This document shows positions 6,479 to 13,213 of a stretch of 24,000 nucleotides of DNA, piece by piece. The notes under the pieces are model-generated. The model had not been told where the DNA came from. It did no database searches and worked only from the letters and a program-made list of their open reading frames with translations. The position numbers and the translations under genes are program-made. The stretch lies in contig CAVWKF010000002.1 in NCBI GenBank assembly GCA_963755575.1, positions 1,418,728 through 1,442,727 of the forward strand, given 5' to 3'. Numbering within the stretch: the stretch's first letter is position 1; each line of letters begins with the position of its first letter. The DNA is from an uncultured Actinomycetota bacterium. GTDB lineage: Bacteria > Actinomycetota > Actinomycetes > Streptosporangiales > Streptosporangiaceae.

Positions 6479-7740
6479 GCTGAAAACTGTCAGTAGTCGC
6501 TAGTACGTTCGAATCGTGTCAAGGTACAGGCTGCAACCCAATCCGGACCAAGAGGCGGTCCTGCGCGCACACTGCGGGCATGCGCGATTCGTATGGAATC
6601 TTGCATGCGAGCAGCACCTGCACTGGCGGCCGGGACGCAAGGCCGCGCCAGGTTTGGCGGAGCAATGCCGCCAGTTAACCGAAGCACGGCGAGCATTCGA
6701 CTGGCTGGCTAGTGGCAGCGCCATCGTCCAGCAGCAGGCACTGCGAGACTTCGCTGAGGCAACAGCGAAATTCCGGAACGGTACTCACGGGCGGCCGTCG
6801 TGGCGAAAGGCTGGACGGCGCGAGGGGTTCCGGATAGTCGGCGTCAAGCCCCAACACGTCCGCAGGCTGAACGCCAACATCGCGGCCGTCAAGATTCCTA
6901 AGGCTGGTTGGGTGCGATTCCGGTGGTCGCGTCCCGTTCCGGCGGCCGCTAAGTCTTTCCGGGTAACCCTGGATCCGGCGGGCCGTTGGCACATCGGATT
7001 CGCTGTCATTCCCGAGCCGATCCCTGGTCCAGGCACAGGCGAGGTCGTGGGCATCGACCGCGGCATCGCAGTGGCAGCGGCTCTTTCGACGGGCGAACTG
7101 CTCAATATGCCGCGACTGAGCCCTCCTGAGCGGCGACGCCTACGCTTGCTCACGCGGAAGCTGTCGCGCGCCAAGCAGGGTTCCAGGCGTCGGGCGCATG
7201 TGAGAAATCAGGTTGCCCGATTGCACGGAAAGCAGACGGAGATGCGCAGGGACTGGTGCGAGCAGACGTCCACAGCAATAGCGCGTCGATTCGATCTGAT
7301 CCGCATTGAGGACTTGAGGATCCGCAACATGGTTCGGTCAGCTAGGGGCAGCGTTGATCAGCCAGGTCGCAATGTGCCGCAGAGAGCGGGTCTGAATCGG
7401 GGGATTCTCGCTTCAGGTTGGGGCAGACTGGCACGTCGTCTGGACGATAAGGCTCCGGGCAGAGTGCAAAGAGTGAAGGCCGCCTACACCAGTCAGCGAT
7501 GCTCGGCATGCGGGCATATCGCACCGGAGAACCGCAAGAACCAAGCGCTCTTCGTCTGCGCGTCCTGTCGATACGCCTGCAACGCCGACGTAAATGCGGC
7601 ACGCAACATCGCGGCAGGGCATGCCGTGTCTGCGCGGGGAGGCCTCCGGGAAGCCGGGCCTAGGAACCGCGAACCACAGCCGATCCGCCTGCTCACATAG
7701 GCGAACTGTCTGAAATCCTTGCCCGTGCGGGCCAGGAGGA
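6479..7740 (+). mobile_element. Candidate IS200/IS605-family (IS1341-like) remnant carrying only tnpB; ends approximate
   Basis: A TnpB gene has no Y1 (HUH) or serine TnpA gene on either side. ACTGTC and CTGAAA motifs occur near both presumed ends (6480-6491 and 7705-7715). There is a hairpin at 7717-7736. The boundaries are not proven. Confidence 0.4.
6516..7700 (+). CDS. tnpB: TnpB (IS605 OrfB family) RNA-guided endonuclease, apparently intact
   Basis: The RuvC-like triad is visible as VGIDRG (D), IRIEDL (E) and NADVNAARNI (D). A zinc ribbon CSACGH...CASCRY lies between the E and the last D. The N-terminus YRLQPNPDQEAVLRAHCGHARFVWN is typical of OrfB. The start is GTG. Confidence 0.9.
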   Translation: MSRYRLQPNPDQEAVLRAHCGHARFVWNLACEQHLHWRPGRKAAPGLAEQCRQLTEARRAFDWLASGSAIVQQQALRDFAEATAKFRNGTHGRPSWRKAGRREGFRIVGVKPQHVRRLNANIAAVKIPKAGWVRFRWSRPVPAAAKSFRVTLDPAGRWHIGFAVIPEPIPGPGTGEVVGIDRGIAVAAALSTGELLNMPRLSPPERRRLRLLTRKLSRAKQGSRRRAHVRNQVARLHGKQTEMRRDWCEQTSTAIARRFDLIRIEDLRIRNMVRSARGSVDQPGRNVPQRAGLNRGILASGWGRLARRLDDKAPGRVQRVKAAYTSQRCSACGHIAPENRKNQALFVCASCRYACNADVNAARNIAAGHAVSARGGLREAGPRNREPQPIRLLT

Positions 7741-7742
7741 TG
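7560..7742 (+). ncRNA. Presumed omega (re)RNA scaffold overlapping the tnpB 3' end and the right end; extent is a guess
   Basis: This rests on analogy with characterised TnpB loci. The region is rich in local palindromes (GGCATGCC at 7618-7625, GAGGCCTC at 7639-7646, CCGG-GAAG-CCGG at 7646-7657). It ends in the hairpin CCTTGCCC-GTGC-GGGCCAGG at 7717-7736. I could not apply a covariance model. Confidence 0.3.
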
Positions 7743-9251
7743 TCAAATCATTTCGTCGGTGGTCGGGATGAACACCGTCTTGACCTCGGTATAGGACTCG
7801 ATCGCCGTGCGGCCGCCTTCTCTGCCGATGCCCGACTGCTGATATCCGCCGAATGGCGCGTGCGGTTCGAGGGCGTACCCGTTGATGCCGACGGTGCCAG
7901 CACGCAGTGCCCTGGTCATCCGCAGCGCGCGCTTGATGTCAGCCGTCCATACCGTCGCTGCCAGGCCGTACTCGGTCGTGTTGGCAATCTTGATGGCCTC
8001 GTCTTCGTCGGTGAAGGGCATCACCGAGAGCACGGGACCGAAGATCTCTTCGCGGGCGATCGTCATGTCGTTGTGGACATCGGTGAAGAGAGTCGGCGTC
8101 ACGAAGTTGCCCGCCGCCAGGTCGCCGTCACCGCGCGTACCGCCGCAGACGAGCCGGGCGCCTTCCTCCTGGCCCTTGCCGATGAGGTCGATGACGCGGT
8201 CGAGCTGGCGTGTGTTAATCAGTGGTGACGAGGTGACGGCGGGGTCGAACGGATTGCCGTAGCTCACCATTCCGGCAATCATCTCGGCCATGCCCAGGAA
8301 CTCGTCGACCTTGTCACGGTGTACCAGGGCCCTGGTCTGCGCCAGGCAGACCTGCCCGGACAGGCCGAGCGTGACGGTGCCCATAGTGATCGCGGCGGCG
8401 GTGCCGGCGTCCCCGTCGGCGAACACCAGTGCGGGGCTCTTCCCGCCGAGCTCCAGGCTGACCCGCTTGAAGGTGCTCGCCGATGCCTCGATGATCTTCC
8501 GCCCTACCGCGCGGCTCCCCGTGAAGGAAATCTTGTCGACCATCGGATGGTTGATCAGCGCGTCGCCAGTCGGGTTGCCTGGACCGGTGACGACGTTGAG
8601 CACGCCCGCCGGCAGCCCCGCCTCCTCGATCAGGCGGACAAGCCGCAGTACCGCGAACGTCGCGTACTCAGACGGCTTGAGCACGACAGTGCAGCCAGCC
8701 GCGAGCGCTGGGGCGAGCTTCTGCGCGGTCAGGAGCAGCGGAGCATTCCAGGGCACGATGGCCGCGACCACGCCGATCGGCTCGCGGAGCGTCATCGCCA
8801 GGTGATCGCCGCCCTGATAGGGCGGCAGTGTCTCGCCGCCGAGCTTGTCGACCCAGCCGGCGTGATGGTCGAAGACGTCCGCGACGAACGTCGGCGACAT
8901 CCCGTACACGGCGCCGAAGCTGAGCGGCACGCTATTGTCCAGTGCCTGCAGCGCCAGCAGCTCGTCGCCGTGCTCACGAACGAGGTCGCCGATCTTGCGC
9001 AGCACCCGGATCTTCTCGTTGGCACGGGCCCGTGGCCAGGTGCCGGTGTCGAACGCTGTCCGCGCCGCGCGGACCGCCTGGTCCACATCGGCGGGACTGG
9101 CGACCGGGAACGAGGCGACATCCTCGCCCGTCGCTGGGTGACTGTGAGTCCAGGCCTGGTCCGACGAGCCTGGTCCCCAGGACCCGTCGATCAGCAGCTC
9201 GCCGTCGGTTAGCCCTACTTCATCCCGGTGCGTCTTGATCGAAGCGACCAT
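7743..9251 (-). CDS. NAD(P)-dependent aldehyde dehydrogenase (502 aa)
   Basis: The ATG at 9251 has GAGGGG 6-7 nt upstream. It carries the ALDH motifs VSLELGGKSP, FTGS, EEIFGPV and PFGGYQQSGIGREGG. The track's 952-aa ORF (7743-10601) is this gene read through from an upstream frameshifted gene. Confidence 0.9.
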   Translation of the reverse strand: MVASIKTHRDEVGLTDGELLIDGSWGPGSSDQAWTHSHPATGEDVASFPVASPADVDQAVRAARTAFDTGTWPRARANEKIRVLRKIGDLVREHGDELLALQALDNSVPLSFGAVYGMSPTFVADVFDHHAGWVDKLGGETLPPYQGGDHLAMTLREPIGVVAAIVPWNAPLLLTAQKLAPALAAGCTVVLKPSEYATFAVLRLVRLIEEAGLPAGVLNVVTGPGNPTGDALINHPMVDKISFTGSRAVGRKIIEASASTFKRVSLELGGKSPALVFADGDAGTAAAITMGTVTLGLSGQVCLAQTRALVHRDKVDEFLGMAEMIAGMVSYGNPFDPAVTSSPLINTRQLDRVIDLIGKGQEEGARLVCGGTRGDGDLAAGNFVTPTLFTDVHNDMTIAREEIFGPVLSVMPFTDEDEAIKIANTTEYGLAATVWTADIKRALRMTRALRAGTVGINGYALEPHAPFGGYQQSGIGREGGRTAIESYTEVKTVFIPTTDEMI

Positions 9252-9293
9252 CGCGTGCCCCTCAAGTGAAACGTGTTCTATTTCCTCGGAGGG

Positions 9294-9320
9294 TATACCG
9301 GCCAAGCGGCCGACGGTATA
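9294..9320. promoter_or_regulatory. Inverted repeat TATACCGGCC-aagc-GGCC(gac)GGTATA between the SDR stop and the ALDH start
   Basis: This is a 10-bp stem with a 3-nt bulge and a 4-nt loop. It could be an operator, an attenuator or an inter-cistronic hairpin on the minus-strand transcript. Confidence 0.3.
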
Positions 9321-9357
9321 GGGGAGTGGTCCGACCGTGAAGCAGCGTCCCGCGGAC

Positions 9358-10148
9358 TCATCCAGAACCGCGCGCCGCCAGGAAGCCGGGCGGCTCACCG
9401 CCGCCATGCACCAGCAGCGTGGCGCCGCTGATGTACGCAGCTTGCGGCGAAGCGAGGAACAAGCACGCGCCCGCGACGTCGGCTGGCGTCGCCATGCGCT
9501 GGAGTGGCACGGTCCGGCGGACCGCGTCGGCGCCGTCGGCGTCACCGTAGTGACCTGAGGTCTCTTCGGTTCGACGAAGCCCGGCGCCACGCAGTTGACG
9601 CGTACCTGCGGTGCCCACTCGATAGCCAGGCTGGTGACCAGGTGGTGCAGCCCGGCCTTGGCGGCACCATACGCGGCTGTGCCCGGCGACGGCCGGTTCC
9701 CGCTCACGCTGCCGATCATGATGATCGTGCCGCCGCCATCTTGTTCCTGCATGACCTCGTTGGCGCTCTGGGCCACGTGCAGCGGCGCGATGAGGTTCAG
9801 CTCAATGATTTTTTGATGGAAACGCGGCGACGCGGTGGCCGCCGCCGCTTCAGGCGAGCCGCCTGCATTGCTGATAACCACGTCGACCCGGCCGAATTCA
9901 GCCTGCGCGGTGCGGATGAGGCGGCTGGCCTGCTCTGGGTCACGGACGTCCGCCTGGCAGAAGACCGCGGTCCGGCCTCCGGCCGGCGGCAGTACGGCCC
10001 CTCCGGCCGACGGCAATGCGGCCACCTCTTGGGGAGCACTCCGGCCGCAGACGAGGACATGGCTGCCGGCTGCGAGGAACGCTGCGGCCAGGCCCGCCCC
10101 GATGCCCCGAGTACCGCCGGTGATCACGACTGCCGTGTCCGGCCGCAT
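9358..10148 (-). pseudogene. SDR family oxidoreductase interrupted by an apparent 1-nt deletion near 9570-9575 (either a true pseudogene or a consensus error)
   Basis: The N-terminal part MRPDTAVVITGGTRGIGAG...YGAAKAGL...VRVNCVAPGFV is in the ALDH frame. The expected continuation RTEETSGHYGDADG...PLQRMATPADVAGACLFLASPQAAYISGATLLVHGGGEPP is in track ORF 9358-9618, which is a different frame. The span is 791 nt, one short of a multiple of 3. Confidence 0.75.
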
Positions 10149-10197
10149 GGTGTCAGTCTCGGCCGACTGGCCGCGCTCCGCAGGCACGCGGCTCATG

Positions 10198-11409
10198 CTA
10201 GGCCTGGGCGCTAAGCGGCTGAGGTACGGCCGGCAGCACGGTGTCGAAGTAGGAGCGCGCCGCGGCGGTCGTGCCGACGTCCCGGCCGACGGCTTCGGAC
10301 ATGTACCACCGGTGCTCCAGGATCTCGTGGAAGATCTCGGGCGGCGCCAGCCGACCGCGCAGTTGCGCCGGGGTTGCCGCGATGACCGGGTCATAGACCT
10401 CTTCGAGCCATCGGTGCGCGGCAACGATCTCGGGTACAGGCTGGCCGAGCTTCTGCTCCTTGTAGGCGCGGAAGCTCGCGATGTCGTTGAGCAGCCTGCG
10501 CGCCTGGTGCTCCTCGGCGCTGATCCCGGTCTGCCGGAATAGCTGGCGGCTGCTCTGGCCGGACTCGGCGACCTTGGTTCGCACTCGCAGCCGCGTGCCA
10601 TCGGCTCCGTCGATCAGCTCGACCTCGTCTGCGTCATAGCCCAGCTCGTTGAGCCGCCGCAGCCGCTTGGCAATCCGGTGCCGCTGGTCCTCGGGCCTGA
10701 ACAGCTCCTCGTGGTTGAGCTCCTCCCACAAATCCCGGTATCGCCGCACGAGATCCTCGCTGACCTCGATTGGATCGACGTCGTCCGGCAGCAGATCCCC
10801 TGCCTGGAGGTCCATCAGCTCGCCACACACACGCTCGGCCGCTAGCTCCAGGTCAAAGCCGCGCTGCCCGTCGGTCAGCGTCGTGTGCTTCTCGCTCGTC
10901 TCCGCGTCGACCAGGTGGGCTTGATAAGTACCTGCGTCTGCACGGAACAGGGCGTTCGACAGCGAGCAGTCGCCCCAGAAGAAGCCGGACAGGTGCAGCC
11001 GGACGAGCAGTTCGACGAGGGAGTCGAGCAAGCTGTCGGTCGGCAGGCCGCCGCGGCGGCTTGAGAACAGCGCCCGGTAGGTGCTGGAGTACTCGAGGAA
11101 CCGCGTGACCAGGATCGCGTCCTCGTCGCGACCGCGGTCGATGACGATGCCGACCACCTCGACGGCCGGGATGCCGAGGTCGGCGAGGGTGCGCAGCAGG
11201 CGGTACTCGCGGCGAGCCAGCGTCTCGCTCATCGACTTGAGCGCATAGAGCCCGCCGCTGTCCGCCACGAACCTGACCACGTGCCGCGAGATGCCGCGCT
11301 GCCGGATTTCCACCAGCCGCTCGTCGTGCCAGCGGTCCAGCGGCTGCGTCCACGGCAACGTCAGCAGGCCGGACACCTCGCCCGCTGGCGGGCTGAACAC
11401 AAACCGCAT
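10198..11409 (-). CDS. DUF4032 domain protein (RIO/Kdo-kinase-like N-terminal domain plus DUF4032)
   Basis: The 403-aa ORF has protein-like composition throughout. The architecture LYALKSM...REYRLL...VTRFLE...LHLSGFFWGDCSLSN followed by a long helical C-terminus matches what I recall for actinobacterial DUF4032 proteins. Confidence 0.75.
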   Translation of the reverse strand: MRFVFSPPAGEVSGLLTLPWTQPLDRWHDERLVEIRQRGISRHVVRFVADSGGLYALKSMSETLARREYRLLRTLADLGIPAVEVVGIVIDRGRDEDAILVTRFLEYSSTYRALFSSRRGGLPTDSLLDSLVELLVRLHLSGFFWGDCSLSNALFRADAGTYQAHLVDAETSEKHTTLTDGQRGFDLELAAERVCGELMDLQAGDLLPDDVDPIEVSEDLVRRYRDLWEELNHEELFRPEDQRHRIAKRLRRLNELGYDADEVELIDGADGTRLRVRTKVAESGQSSRQLFRQTGISAEEHQARRLLNDIASFRAYKEQKLGQPVPEIVAAHRWLEEVYDPVIAATPAQLRGRLAPPEIFHEILEHRWYMSEAVGRDVGTTAAARSYFDTVLPAVPQPLSAQA

Positions 11410-11442
11410 CCGGCTCTCCGCTCACATCGTCGACCCCGAGGT

Positions 11443-11471
11443 GAACTCAGTGTCCCGCTCTAACTGAGTTC
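11443..11471. promoter_or_regulatory. Perfect 9-bp inverted repeat GAACTCAGT-N11-ACTGAGTTC in the divergent intergenic region
   Basis: The repeat is read directly. CTAACTG recurs at 11460-11466 and 11476-11482. It lies between the DUF4032 start (11409) and the start at 11560. Confidence 0.3.
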
Positions 11472-11559
11472 CGTCCTAACTGGTGACTGCCAACCTGAGG
11501 CTGTCGGCAGGCGCCGCTAGGCTAGCCAGCGTCCGCATTTTCACGCGACGAGGTGGCGG

Positions 11560-12852
11560 ATGAAGCCAGACTGCCGGGTCCTCGCCATCATGGGCTCCGG
11601 CGAGACTAGCCCGACGATGGTCACCATCCACAAGGCACTCGTAGACCGGCTCGGGGGCGGTCGGCCTGACGCGATCTTGATGGATGCTCCTTACGCATTC
11701 CAGGAGAACGCCGCCGACATCTCCGGCCGTGCGATCTCGTACTTCGCCGGCAGCGTCGGGTTGGACGTGACCGTCCTGTCGAGTCCAGACGAGTCGGCAG
11801 GGGCGGAGGCCGTTGATGCAGCGGGCGCGGCGGAAACGGCTGCGAGCCGTGACGCCGCCAGGGCGCGCTCGGCCGACTGGGTCTTCGCAGGCCCTGGCAG
11901 TCCTTCTTACGCGCTGAGCCGCTGGCGTGACCGCCCGCTTGGTCAGGCGCTGCGCGAGCGCATCGCGAGCGGGACCGGAGTGACCGTGCTGGCGTCGGCT
12001 GCAGCTGCCACGGCTGGCCTGGCCGCGGTGCCCGTCTATGAGATCTACAAGGTCGGCGAGCCGCCGCACTGGCTGCCCGGCCTCGACTTGCTCGCGGCGG
12101 CTGGCCTGCGTGTCGCGGTGATCCCGCACTATGACAATGCCGAAGGCGGCACGCACGACACCCGCTTCTGCTACCTGGGTGAGCGACGGCTCGCCGTGAT
12201 GGAGCGCGAGCTGCCTGCCGACGCGGCAGTGCTGGGCGTGGACGAGCACACTGCGGTCATCTTCGATCTGGTCGCGGATACTGCTGAGGTGCGCGGCCGT
12301 GGCGGCCTCACGATCCGCAAGAACGGCGTGTCCACGGTCCTGCGAGCACCGGCCGTCCTGCCGATAGCGGACCTGCGGGCGACGATCCGGACGGGGGCCC
12401 TCGCAGTCCCGGCCGCTGCCTCGTCGGCCCCCGTTCCCGACGAGACCGAGGTCGACTCGCCGCTGCCGCTGACCGATGTCGTCGAGCGCGCGGAACGCCA
12501 GTTCGAGGCTGCACTCGCCGACCGCGACGGCAAAGGGCTGATCATGATCATCCTGGACCTGGAGTACGCCGTGCACGCGTGGATGGCCGACACCGATGAG
12601 GATCAGGGCACCGAGCAGGCGCGAGCCGTGCTCCGCGGCATGATCGGCAGGCTCGACGAGGTCGTGACCGAAGGCCTCCGCGACCCGCGTCGACAAGCTG
12701 CGGCCCGCTATCGAACCGCTAGTAGAACTCCGGTCAGCGCTGCGGGGACAGGGGCGTTACGCCGAGTCCGACGCGATTCGGGCCGCCCTCGCAGCTGCCG
12801 CGTCCAGATCGCTGATGACGCCGACGGCACCCGGTGGTCTCTCAGGACCTGA
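11560..12852 (+). CDS. Conserved actinobacterial protein with an alpha/beta N-terminal domain (peptidase S51/GATase1-like, weak call) and a CysRS-like extreme C-terminus; its reading frame is locally suspect
   Basis: The ORF is open end to end. Between about 12688 and 12801 the protein-like sequence is in the +1 frame. See the finding at 12680-12856. Confidence 0.6.
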   Translation: MKPDCRVLAIMGSGETSPTMVTIHKALVDRLGGGRPDAILMDAPYAFQENAADISGRAISYFAGSVGLDVTVLSSPDESAGAEAVDAAGAAETAASRDAARARSADWVFAGPGSPSYALSRWRDRPLGQALRERIASGTGVTVLASAAAATAGLAAVPVYEIYKVGEPPHWLPGLDLLAAAGLRVAVIPHYDNAEGGTHDTRFCYLGERRLAVMERELPADAAVLGVDEHTAVIFDLVADTAEVRGRGGLTIRKNGVSTVLRAPAVLPIADLRATIRTGALAVPAAASSAPVPDETEVDSPLPLTDVVERAERQFEAALADRDGKGLIMIILDLEYAVHAWMADTDEDQGTEQARAVLRGMIGRLDEVVTEGLRDPRRQAAARYRTASRTPVSAAGTGALRRVRRDSGRPRSCRVQIADDADGTRWSLRT

Positions 12853-13173
12853 CTAAAACCAGCCCGCGGACTGCCTCTGGATGGTGCGGGATATCCTGCC
12901 CCGCTCGAGCCTGCCGCCGGTTGACCGGGGCACCCCGCGCTATCAAGCCGTCCATCTGGCCTTCTAATCCACCTGGCAGGGGATGACCAGACACGCGGCT
13001 TGCAGCGCTAAGCCGGAACGCGCAGCTCTCAGAGCTCGCGCCGCGTCTAGTCCAGACTGAAGACGAAAGACAACGCGAAGTACTCATCGCTGCTCTGGAT
13101 AATGCGCATATCAGCCTGGTCAGCAGGCGTTTCGCTTCCACGGCTGGTCGCCTGACCGTCGTGTTACGCTGCC

Positions 13174-13191
13174 CAAGCAAACGCTAGGTTA
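13174..13191. promoter_or_regulatory. Candidate KstR2 operator overlapping a TAGGTT -10-like hexamer upstream of echA20
   Basis: CAAGCAAACGCTAGGTTA shares its left half with the sites at 1197 and 2076. It ends 22 nt before the echA20 ATG. TAGGTT (13185-13190) fits the TANNNT pattern. Confidence 0.5.
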
Positions 13192-13213
13192 ACGTGCGAG
13201 CGGGGTATCCGTC

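Noticed and set aside
5988-6501. A 9-bp direct repeat GTAGTCGCT just after the sigma stop (5988-5996) and just before tnpB (6493-6501), considered as a target-site duplication
   Set aside because: IS200/IS605-type elements do not make target duplications. The repeats would bracket the orphan region rather than the tnpB gene. Many 9-mer matches are expected by chance in 24 kb.
7717-7736. The hairpin after tnpB taken as definitive proof of an IS right end or omega-RNA terminus
   Set aside because: This is not rejected as a possibility. The same hairpin sits between two convergent genes and could simply be a bidirectional terminator, so the call is kept at low confidence.
7743-10601. A 952-aa ORF that suggests a giant SDR-ALDH fusion protein
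   Set aside because: The N-terminal 140 codons overlap the DUF4032 gene out of frame. About 110 codons between the SDR and ALDH parts are Arg/Ala/Ser junk. The real SDR C-terminus is in another frame. The ALDH has its own SD and ATG at 9251.
11476-12696. A 406-aa minus-strand ORF
   Set aside because: It lies antisense to the conserved gene at 11560-12852. Its composition is Arg/Asp/Gly-rich and junk-like, with no motifs.
12842-13180. A 112-aa minus-strand ORF in the long intergenic region
   Set aside because: It is Arg/Ser/Leu-rich with no SD and no recognisable domain. It is treated as non-coding.
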